Assembly (NCBI GenBank): GCA_002269645.1
Contig: NIVC01001161.1
Coordinates: 1 to 64,000 of the forward strand
DNA: 64,000 nt
Direction of reading: 5' to 3'
DNA from: Macrostomum lignano
Taxonomy: Eukaryota
The first letter of the stretch is position 1. Every line of letters starts with the position of its first letter. A program made the position numbers and the translations under genes. Shown here piece after piece: positions 12,322-22,227 of this stretch. The notes under the pieces were generated by a model, which saw only the letters and a program-made list of their open reading frames with translations, ran no database searches and was not told the DNA's origin.

Positions 12322-12474
12322 ACTCAAGCGGCCACCCTGTTCGACAGTCTGATTCTCCTGGCGCACGGGCTCGAGCGGATGGCCAACGCCCGCTCAATCC
12401 AGGTGCAGCCCCTGAAGTGCTCAGCTCCAAGGCAGAACGCCAGGGGTGCGACTCTGCTGAACTACATGAGATCG
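12322..12474 (+). CDS. iGluR exon 7 (TQAATLFDSLILLAHGL...)
   Basis: ACAG acceptor, GTAAGT donor, 153 nt; A.L.D.V motif. Confidence 0.88.
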
Positions 12475-12722
12475 GTAAGTATGGTGCGCTCGTAAATAAA
12501 ACTAAAAATAACTTTAATGAACATTTCAGTAAATCTCTACTGATAGTAGCAATTTTAGAACATTACAGGTCAGGAATAAATATAATAAATTAATGACACT
12601 TATTAACTACACTACTAGTAGTAAAAATAAACGTTTTTTTATTTGGTCTCGTAGTGGTTGAAGTTATAGTCATAATGCAAAAATATCGGCGCCGCTAATA
12701 AATGATCTGTTGGCCAACCCAG

Positions 12723-12839
12723 ATGACCTCGGAGTCCGGGTTCGCCACCCTCACCGGCCCAGTCGAGTTCGATGCGCAATGGAGACGGTCGAATTTCACA
12801 TTAGTTGCCTACGAGTTGACCAGGGCCGGGTTTAACCAG
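12723..12839 (+). CDS. iGluR exon 8 (GFATLTGPVEFDAQWRRSNFTL)
   Basis: CCAG acceptor, GTGAGT donor, 117 nt; GLTG..EFD..G.R.NF-like motif. Confidence 0.9.
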
Positions 12840-13027
12840 GTGAGTTGATTATACATAGATTATGCTAGCTATGATGAATACTTTCGATACATATCGGCAT
12901 TCTGTCAATTTTTCTTTTGTATACTAAGCCGAGTTTGACCTTGCTCAATTGATATTTATGTTTACCTTTATAAATTAATACTACTCAAGCAGTTAGTATC
13001 CCAGAGTTATGGGATCGTTAATAAGTC

Positions 13028-13095
13028 AGCTTCACAGATTCGAACCCAGGTGCTTCGGTATGTGAGCCAGACGCGTTACCGTTCGGCAAAGCACG
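13028..13095 (-). other. tRNA-derived (SINE-head-like) fragment
   Basis: TGCCGAACGG A-box-like sequence and GGGTTCGAATC B-box at tRNA-like spacing. Confidence 0.35.
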
Positions 13096-13159
13096 CTGTA
13101 TTTAACTGCATCCATTTTGCAAAAACTCATGAGCATCACCCCAATGTTTTATTAACCAG

Positions 13160-13273
13160 CTGGGCACTTGGACTCAAGCCGACGGCTTCAAGATGACAAA
13201 GACCTACTCGGAGACGCAGCAGGAGTATCAGAGAAACTTGCGGAATAAGACCCTGCGGGTGACAACCATAGCG
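13160..13273 (+). CDS. iGluR exon 9 (LGTWTQADG...LRNKTLRVTTIA)
   Basis: CCAG acceptor, GTGAGC donor, 114 nt; G.W and NKTL.VTT motifs at the ATD/S1 boundary. Confidence 0.9.
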
Positions 13274-13489
13274 GTGAGCGCTTTGCCTGGCTCATCACAA
13301 ATTTATTAATATTTACTTACAATTTCTAATCTGAATTCATGATCCTAATGACTCAATTCAATCCCGAATTGGTCTAATAAACTTGCTAATTCTAAACTCC
13401 AATTTAGTCCATAATCCCAATCATAAATCCTAAAATATAAAATCCTAATCCATATACTAAGAATTCAATTCTAAAATCCCAAAATACCA

Positions 13490-13790
13490 GTTCTCAAATC
13501 TCAACTCCCAAATCCCAAATCTAAAATCCCAAATCTAAAATCCCAAATCCCAAATCCCAACTCCCAAATCCCAAATCCCAACTCACAAATCCCGACTCCC
13601 AAATCCCAAATCTAAAATCCCAAATCCCAAATCCCAAATCCTACATCCCAAATCCCAAATCCCAAATCCCAAATCCCAAATCCTAAATGCCAAATCCCAA
13701 ATCTAAAATCCTAAATCTAAAATCCTAAATCCTAAATCTCAAATCCCAAATCCTAAATCCCAACTTCCAAATCCCAACTCCCAAATCCCA
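13490..13790. repeat. AAATCC(C/T) microsatellite (intron 9)
   Basis: Direct inspection. Confidence 0.9.
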
Positions 13791-13803
13791 ATTCACTTCA
13801 AAG

Positions 13804-14031
13804 GATCCGCCATTCGTTGAAATCCGCCGGCGCGACAAGAACGGGCGGCCGCTGCCGCACCCCTCAGCCTGGGACGGTTTCTGCATCGAGATGCTCAACT
13901 TGATTGCCGACCATCTCAAATTCAACTACACGGTGCAGCTGGTCAAGGACAACAATTATGGCGCGGCCAATGGCACGGACTCCCAGGGCAGAGACACCTG
14001 GAATGGAATGATCGGCGAGCTGATAAATCAC
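13804..14031 (+). CDS. iGluR exon 10 (S1, DPPFV...DGFCIEMLNLIA...WNGMIGELINH)
   Basis: AAG acceptor, GTGAGG donor, 228 nt; S1 motifs GFCI and WNGMIGEL. Confidence 0.95.
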
Positions 14032-14288
14032 GTGAGGCCTTGAGAGAACTTTTTGTTTTTTTTGCTACTACAGTATCGAATTTTATTTTACCCTTAACAG
14101 CCTACTTCTCACATTCGGTAAATCTCAACCAGTCTACTTCTCACATTCGGTAAATCTCAACCAGTCTACTTTTCATGTAAAATCTCACCCTATAACTCAA
14201 TGATCTCATGTTTCACTTTTCTTCTCAACAGATGTTACTGCCTCCCTCTCTCACCTCCCCCCCTCTCCACCTTCATCGGCCCCTGCAG

Positions 14289-14449
14289 GAGGCGGACTTG
14301 GCGGTGGCCTCGCTGACCATCACCTACGAGCGCGAGAAAGTGATTGGCTTCACCACCCGTTCATGTCGCTGGGCCTCAGCATTTTGTTCAAGAAGCCCGC
14401 CAAGAAGAAGCCGCACCTGTTCTCCTTTCTGCAGCCGCTCTCGGTTCAC
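14289..14449 (+). CDS. iGluR exon 11 (S1, [22 protein letters not shown][T][14 protein letters not shown]...), with a 1-nt frameshift near 14356-14358
   Basis: GCAG acceptor, GTGAGC donor; 161 nt between phase-0 neighbours, one base short; adding one C to ACCC restores [11 protein letters not shown]. Confidence 0.9.
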
Positions 14450-14469
14450 GTGAGCTGACCTGAAATAAG

Positions 14470-15102
14470 GGTTCTGGTTTGTGAAGGTTTCTGGTTTGTG
14501 AAGGTTTCTGGTTTGTGAAGGGTTCTGGTTTGTGAAGGTTTCTGGCTTGTGAAGGGTTCTGGTTTGTGAAGGTTTCTGGTTTGTGAAGGGTTCTGGTTTG
14601 TGAAGGTTTCTGGTTTGTGAAGGGTTCTGGTTTGTGAAGGGTTCTGGTTTGTGAAGGTTTCTGGTTTGTGAAGGTTTCTGGTTTGTGAAGGTTTCTGGTT
14701 TGTGAAGGTTTCTGGTTTGTGAAGGTTTCTGGTTTGTGAAGGTTTCTGCTTTGTGAAGGTTTCTGCTTTGAGAAGGTTTCCGGTTTGTGAAGGTTTCTGG
14801 TTTGTGAAGGGTTCTGGTTTGTGAAGGTTTCTGGCTTGTGAAGGGTTCTGGTTTGTGAAGGTTTCTGGTTTGTGAAGGGTTCTGGTTTGTGAAGGTTTCT
14901 GGTTTGTGAAGGGTTCTGGTTTGTGAAGGGTTCTGGTTTGTGAAGGTTTCTGCTTTGTGAAGGTTTCTGCTTTGTGAAGGTTTCTGGTTTGTGAAGGTTT
15001 CTGGTTTGTGAAGGTTTCTGGTTTGTGAAGGTTTCTGCTTTGTGAAGGTTTCTGGTTTGTGAAGGTTTCTGGTTTGTGAAGGTTTCTGTTTTGTGAAGGT
15101 TG
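14470..15102. repeat. 17-bp GGTTTCTGGTTTGTGAA array (intron 11)
   Basis: Period of 17 nt. Confidence 0.97.
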
Positions 15103-15309
15103 TGGTCTACAAAAGTGATTGTTAATTATTTTATATGAAAGTTCTTTTTTCCTAGAAATTCTAGAAACAGATTTGTAGATTTTAACTGAAGGTCATTTAG
15201 TTTTAATTTTTTTATTTAGCTTGCTAATACGATATGGGACTTTCGAATAATGCTGGAAGGAAATGTTCACCGGCTCGTTATTTTCATTAAAATGTTACAT
15301 AACTCCTAG

Positions 15310-15490
15310 GTGTGGGGCTACATGCTGGTCGCTTACATCACCGTCAGCTTTGTGCTCTTCGTGGTCGCCAGGTTCTCGCCGTACGAATGGCGAAATCCGC
15401 ACCCATGCAACCCGGACACTGAGGTGCTGGAGAACCAGTTCTCACTGATCAACAGCCTCTGGTTTAACATTGGCTCGCTGATGCAGCAGG
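15310..15490 (+). CDS. iGluR exon 12 (M1 and M2 pore loop, ...[13 protein letters not shown]...[14 protein letters not shown])
   Basis: CTAG acceptor, GTGAGG donor, phase 0-1; Q codon (CAG) at the Q/R site. Confidence 0.96.
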
Positions 15491-15517
15491 GTGAGGCTGG
15501 GAGTGCGGCCCTACGCT

Positions 15518-15760
15518 ACTCTACTCTACTCTAATCATCTCTACTCTACTCTGATCTACTCTACTCTAATCTACTCTACTCCACTCTACTCTATTCTAAT
15601 CTACTCTACTCTTCTCCACTCTATTCTACCCTACTCCACTCTACTATACTCTGTTCTCCTCTAATCTACTCTAATCCATTCTATTCTACTCTACTCTACT
15701 CTACTCTACTCTACTCTACTCGACTCCATTCTACTCGGCCACTCTACTCTACCCTATGCT
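15518..15760. repeat. (CTACT)n degenerate microsatellite (intron 12)
   Basis: Direct inspection. Confidence 0.9.
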
Positions 15761-15854
15761 CTCATACAGTATTATAACCCATGCATAGAATATCCCACAC
15801 ACCAGTACTAGATCACACAGGTAAAACACGTGAGCATATTTATCAATCGCCCAG

Positions 15855-16072
15855 GCTCGGAGATCTCCCCCAGAGCCCTGTCAACTCGCCTGGTAAGCGG
15901 CATCTGGTGGTTCTTCACCCTCATCATGATCAGCTCCTACACGGCCAACCTGGCCGCCTTTCTCACGGTGGAGCGGATGCAGTCTCCCATCGAGAGCGTG
16001 GAGGACTTGGCCGGTCAGAACAAGATTAAGTACGGCACCTTGTCCGGTGGCTCCACCTACCAGTTCTTCAAG
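15855..16072 (+). CDS. iGluR exon 13 (M3 SYTANLAAF and start of S2, GGSTYQFFK)
   Basis: CCAG acceptor, GTGAGG donor, phase 1-0; invariant SYTANLAAF. Confidence 0.97.
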
Positions 16073-16124
16073 GTGAGGGAGTTCAATAGTTGATTGGGAA
16101 TTTTAAAACGGCTAGCACAGAATA

Positions 16125-17482
16125 TGGGAGATCCCCGTGTCTAAACTGAGGATGGGGGAGATTCCCTTGTGTCTAAATTGAGGATCTGAGGGATTCCCCT
16201 GTGTCTAAACTGAGGATCTGGGAGATTCCCGTGTCTAGAATCTAAACTGAGGATCGGGGAGATTCCCTTGTGCCTAAATTGAGGATCTGAGGGATTCTCC
16301 TGTGTCTAAACTGAGGATGTGAGGGATTCCCCTGTGTCTAAACTGAGGATCTGAGGGATTCTCCTGTGTCTAAACTGAGGATCTGGGGGATTCTCCTGTG
16401 TCTAAACTGAGGATGTGAGGGATTCCCCCGTGTCTAAACTGAGGATCTGAGGGATTCTCCTGTGTCTAAACTGAGGATCTGAGGGATTCCCCTGTGTCTA
16501 AACTGAGGATCTGGGAGATTCCCATGTCTAGAATCTAAACTGAGGATCGGGGAGATTCCCTTGTGCCTAAACTGAGGATCTGAGGGATTCTCCTGTGTCT
16601 AAACTGAGGATCTGAGGGATTCTCCTGTGTCTAAACTGAGGATCTGAGGGATTCCCTTGTGCCTAAATTGAGGATCTGAGGGATTCTCCTGTGTCTAAAC
16701 TGAGGATCTGAGGGATTCCCCTGTGTCTAAACTGAGGATCTGAGGGATTCCCCTGTGTCTAAACTGAGGATCTGGGAGATTCCCGTGTCTAGAATCTAAA
16801 CTGAGGATCGGGGAGATTCCCTTGTGCCTAAATTGAGGATCTGAGGGATTCTCCTGTGTCTAAACTGAGGATGTGAGGGATTCCCCTGTGTCTAAACTGA
16901 GGATCTGAGGGATTCTCCTGTGTCTAAACTGAGGATCTGGGGGATTCTCCTGTGTCTAAACTGAGGATGTGAGGGATTCCCCCGTGTCTAAACTGAGGAT
17001 CTGAGGGATTCTCCTGTGTCTAAACTGAGGATCTGAGGGATTCCCCTGTGTCTAAACTGAGGATCTGGGAGATTCCCATGTCTAGAATCTAAACTGAGGA
17101 TCGGGGAGATTCCCTTGTGCCTAAACTGAGGATCTGAGGGATTCTCCTGTGTCTAAACTGAGGATCTGAGGGATTCTCCTGTGTCTAAACTGAGGATCTG
17201 AGGGATTCCCTTGTGCCTAAATTGAGGATCTGAGGGATTCTCCTGTGTCTAAACTGAGGATCTGAGGGATTCCCCTGTGTCTAAACTGAGGATCTGAGGG
17301 ATTCCCCTGTGTCTAAACTGAGGATCTGAGGGATTCTCCTGTGTCTAAACTGAGGATCTGAGGGATTCTCCTGTGTCTAAACTGAGGATCTGAGGGATTC
17401 CGTTGTGCCTAAATTGAGGATCTGAGGGATTCTCCTGTGTCTAAACTGAGGATCTGAGGGATTCCCCTGGGTCTAAACTGAG
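16125..17482. repeat. 32-bp array with a 554-bp higher-order repeat (intron 13)
   Basis: Unit TGTCTAAACTGAGGATCTGAGGGATTCTCCTG; variant markers at 16231/16785 and 16524/17078. Confidence 0.95.
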
Positions 17483-17609
17483 TGTCTGGGTGATGCTTGT
17501 TACGGTATTTACTCTTAACAGACGGCCAGATGCAATGAATGAATTTAGGTTTTTTAGTGTATCTGTGAGATTGTATCGACATTTCAATGAGCTAATTAAT
17601 TTCATTCAG

Positions 17610-17835
17610 CTCTCGAAAGGCATCGACGTGTTCAAGCGAATGTGGGACTACATGAGCAAACGCCCAGACGTATTCGTCAACAAAACTGAGGAAGGCATCG
17701 CCCGAGTGAAACGAGGCGACTACGCCTTTATTCTGGAGAGCACCTGGAATGAGTACTATACTCAGAGAAACTGCGACCTGATGCGAGTCGGTGGCCTGCT
17801 GGATTCAAAAGGCTATGGGATCGGCTTGCCCTCTG
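17610..17835 (+). CDS. iGluR exon 14 (S2, ...[35 protein letters not shown])
   Basis: TTCAG acceptor, GTACGG donor, phase 0-1; LES and LDSKGYGI motifs. Confidence 0.96.
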
Positions 17836-18538
17836 GTACGGTTTAAAATAAGTTTAATTAGTCATTCGTTTTAATTGGTGATTTGTTTAAAATAGTGTTC
17901 GAAATTTGAACTAATCGGTTTTTGTGTCTGTGTCTCGTTAATCCCCGTACTTAGATCCAGTAAGAATTCACAAAGCTGATTTCTAGCGGCATTTAACGGT
18001 ATTTTTAGTCCACAAAACCAGGACTGATATTTTGTTTAGATCGTTTTACATGTACATTCGTGAGGAGTCGGAAAGGCATTTTAGTTCTAACAGATGTACA
18101 TTTTCTAATGTACATTCACTGCCTGAATAACGGGGGTTTAAATTGGTGTACATTGGCGACGAAAGTAAAGAGAAGAAACTGGGCTACAAGGATAAAAAGA
18201 TAAGACCTAGTTTTAAGACCCCCGATTGTGCGCTTAAACAGGGTAAGGACGAAAGTCAAGACTTGTTTAATCTCTATTTTAAGCACCTACGAGCGTATAA
18301 CTAATTCCCGCTATTTTCTAACCTCCATTATGTCACGAAGTATATACCATCACACATACGCTCGTAATTGACATAGTTATTTTAGTTTTGACGCTTTTAA
18401 TCGCCTTATAAAAATAAATAGCACATTTACTTCTATCCCAGATGCTACTATCTTTACTTCTATTTACCTTCTAGAAGGCCTAGTACTGATCGTAACTCTT
18501 ACTGTTAGTAATATCCAAAAAATGGCAAAATCGCACAG

Positions 18539-18807
18539 GCTCGCCCTATCGCGACATGATCTCGGAGTCGATACTCATGTTTCAAAAGTCGCAGGATCTC
18601 GAGAATCTGCGCAGACGATGGTGGCGCCAGAAGAATATCACTGTTAGATGCGAGGATCCCAAGGACAAAAAAGCAGAGCCATCTGGTTTGTCTTTTGATC
18701 AGGTGGCTGGTATCTATGTTGTACTGATTGGCGGCATGCTGGTTGCTATGGTTACAGTTGCCGGGGAGTTCTGCTACAAGTCCATCAGAAGAGCCGATAA
18801 AGACAAG
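18539..18807 (+). CDS. iGluR exon 15A (end of S2 and M4, GSPYRDMISESIL...GIYVVLIGG...KDK)
   Basis: ACAG acceptor, GTCAGT donor, phase 1-0. Confidence 0.95.
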
Positions 18808-18828
18808 GTCAGTTAATTTGATTTGTGA

Positions 18829-19818
18829 TCTGGATCTGGGATCTAGGATCTAGGATCTGGGATCTGGGATCTAGGATCTGGGATCTAGGATCTGGGATCT
18901 AGGATCTGGGATCTAGGATCTGGGATCTAGGATCTGGGATCTAGGATCTGGGATCTAGGATCTGGGATCTAGGATCTGGGATCTAGGATCTGGGATCTAG
19001 GATCTGGGATCTAGGATCTGGGATCTAGGATCTGGGATCTAGGATCTGGGATCTAGGATCTGGGATCTAGGATCTGGGATCTAGGATCTGGGATCTAGGA
19101 TCTGGGATCTAGGATCTGGGATCTAGGATCTGGGATCTAGGATCTGGGATCTAGGATCTGGGATCTAGGATCTGGGATCTAGGATCTGGGATCTAGGATC
19201 TGGGATCTAGGATCTGGGATCTAGGATCTGGGATCTAGGATCTGGGATCTAGGATCTGGGATCTAGGATCTGGGATCTAGGATCTGGGATCTAGGATCTG
19301 GGATCTAGGATCTGGGATCTAGGATCTGGGATCTAGGATCTGGGATCTAGGATCTGGGATCTAGGATCTGGGATCTAGGATCTGGGATCTAGGATCTGGG
19401 ATCTAGGATCTGGGATCTAGGATCTGGGATCTAGGATCTGGGATCTAGGATCTGGGATCTAGGATCTGGGATCTAGGATCTGGGATCTAGGATCTGGGAT
19501 CTAGGATCTGGGATCTAGGATCTGGGATCTAGGATCTGGGATCTAGGATCTGGGATCTAGGATCTGGGATCTAGGATCTGGGATCTAGGATCTGGGATCT
19601 AGGATCTGGGATCTAGGATCTGGGATCTAGGATCTGGGATCTAGGATCTGGGATCTAGGATCTGGGATCTAGGATCTGGGATCTAGGATCTGGGATCTAG
19701 GATCTGGGATCTAGGATCTGGGATCTAGGATCTGGGATCTAGGATCTGGGATCTAGGATCTGGGATCTAGGATCTGGGATCTAGGATCTGGGATCTAGGA
19801 TCTGGGATCTAGGATCTG
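18829..19818. repeat. Near-perfect 14-bp (GGATCTAGGATCTG)n array, about 70 copies (intron 15A)
   Basis: Direct inspection. Confidence 0.98.
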
Positions 19819-19860
19819 GAATCTTACTTAATCTAAAAATCCCTGCTCCAACTTCCTTAG

Positions 19861-20271
19861 CAACCAATCATGACTGAGCTCTGGCAGGAGCTCAAGCTGG
19901 CTCTGCGCTGCTGCGGCGGCTCCAGGAAGCGGCCTGCGGACCACCTGGCGCGGAAAGCTCAGGAGGCAGCCCGTCAGCGCGCCGAAGCCGCTCAGGCGGC
20001 GGCGACGGCCGCGACGGCGGCAGCGGAGGAAGAACTGGACACCCGGCCGCTGAGGCAGGCCAGGCGGTTGGCGGAGACGGCCTCCAGCAGCGCCAGTCTG
20101 TCGCAGCGGTGCCTGTTGCTTCCGCAGCAGCAGCAACTGGCGCAGCAGCAGCAGTTGCAGCAGCAATACTACTACAGCCCACAAGAGATCACCAATGGCG
20201 CTTATAACGGATTCGATGTGGGCTATCATGCGCCAGGTGGCGCGGTAGGAGGCAGGGAGGCCTTCGCCTGA
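19861..20271 (+). CDS. iGluR exon 16A (C-terminal tail, QPIMTELWQELKLALRCCG..., Gln/Ala-rich)
   Basis: CTTAG acceptor, phase 0, TGA ending at 20271; EL..A.RC motif typical of invertebrate iGluR tails. Confidence 0.88.
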   Translation, partial: QPIMTELWQELKLALRCCGGSRKRPADHLARKAQEAARQRAEAAQAAATAATAAAEEELDTRPLRQARRLAETASSSASLSQRCLLLPQQQQLAQQQQLQQQYYYSPQEITNGAYNGFDVGYHAPGGAVGGREAFA

Positions 20272-20364
20272 CATCCCACTGGCTGCTTTTTTATACAAGC
20301 TTATTGCTGCTTGACATGGTGGACACTTTTACAGACCCCATTGGAAACCTCTAGAGACAAAAGT

Positions 20365-21782
20365 GGAGACACGGTGGACAAAATTAGAGACACAGTGGAC
20401 ACAATTAGAGACACGGTGGACAGTATTAGGGACACGGTGGACATAATTAGAGACACGGTGGACATAATTAGAGACACGGTGAACACTATTAGAGACACGG
20501 TGGACAGTATTAGGGACACGGTGGACATAGTTAGAGACACGCTGGACATAATTAGAGACACGGTGAACACTATTAGAGACACGGTGGACAGTATTAGGGA
20601 CACGGTGGACATAATTAGAGACACGGTGGACATAATTAGAGACACGGTGAACACTATTAGAAACACGGTGGACAGTATTAGGGACACGGGGGACATAATT
20701 AGAGACACGGTGAACACTATTAGAGACACGGTGGACAGTATTAGGGACACGGTGGACATAATTAGAGACACGGTGAACACTATTAGAAACACGGTGGACA
20801 GTATTAGGGACACGGTGGACATAATTAGAGACACGGTGGACACTATTAGAGACACGGTGAACACTATTAGAGACACGGTGGACATAATTAAGAGACACGG
20901 TGGACATAATTAAGAGACACGGTGGACATAATTAGAGACACGGTGGACACTATTAGAGACACAGTGGACAGTATTAGGGACACGGTGGACATTATTAGGG
21001 ACACGGTGGACATTATTAGAGACACGGTGGACATAATTAAGAGACACGGTGGACATAATTAGAGACACGGTGGACACTATTAGAGACACGGTGGACACAA
21101 TTAGAGACACAGTGGACATAGTTAAGAGACACGGTGGACACAATTAGAGACACAGTGGACACTATTAGGGACACGGTGGACACTATTAGACACGGTGGAC
21201 ACTATTAGGGACACGGTGGACACTATTAGGGACACGGTGGACACTATTAGGGACACGGTGGACACTATTAGGGACACGGTGGACATAATTAGAGACACGG
21301 TGGACATAATTACGGTGCACACTATTAGAGACACGGTGGTCATAATTAAGAGACACGGTGGACTGTGACACTGTTAGAGATACGGTGGACATAATTAGAG
21401 ACACGTTGGACACAATTAGAGACACGGTGGACACTATTAGACACGGTGGACACTATTAGAGACGCGGTGGACACAATTAGAGACACGGTGGACACTATTA
21501 GAGACACGGTGGACACTATTAGAGACACGGTGGACACTATTAGAGACACGGTGGTCATAATTAAGAGACATGGTGGACTGTGACACTATTAGAGATACGG
21601 TGGACATAATTAGAGACACGTTGGACACAATTAGAGACACGGTGGACACTATTAGAGACACGGTGGACACTATTAGAGACGCGGTGGACACAATTAGAGA
21701 CACGGTGGACACTATTAGAGACACGGTGGACACTATTAGAGACGCGGTGGACACTATTAGAGACACGGTGGACACTATTAGA
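20365..21782. repeat. 21-bp GACACGGTGGACACTATTAGA array immediately 3' of the iGluR isoform A stop
   Basis: 7-aa period in the overlapping ORFs. Confidence 0.97.
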
Positions 21783-22227
21783 CAGAATTAGGTACTGTCT
21801 CTTTGCGCTGTTCCTGAAGCGCCAGTTTGTACGGGAAGATTTGCCTCTGAAAGTTTTAGGATGTCAGCAGTTTATCCGCTAACTGCTGTCTCCTCACCCA
21901 TCGGCTTCCATGAAATGCACATATCTCCTCCTACACTGTTTAATTTTACTCTGCTAACTACTTTAAGTAGAGCGTTTTAGAATTAGTTAGAGTAGATTCT
22001 TTTCTGATTTTGTAGTGCCACAAAAGTTGATTATTTGTGCATGTTCATCGATCAGTATTATTATTCAGAAAATTACAAGACCTTTTATACTATATTGTAG
22101 CCAAACTATGCCTTGTTAATTTAATTTCAAACCACCAACTGTAAAACATTACTCGGCATGCCTAACACAAGCATAGCAAAACTTTTTTCATTTATGACCG
22201 TACTGAACCTTCAAGTTCAGATAATAA

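Noticed and set aside
15481-15490. Q/R-site RNA editing of the iGluR
   Set aside because: The genomic codon is CAG, but I saw no complementary editing sequence in the following CTACT-filled intron; editing cannot be inferred from DNA.
20301-21791. DTVDTIR / STVSLI repeat ORFs as a coiled-coil or antifreeze-like protein
   Set aside because: Translation of the 21-bp array downstream of the iGluR stop; open in multiple frames on both strands.
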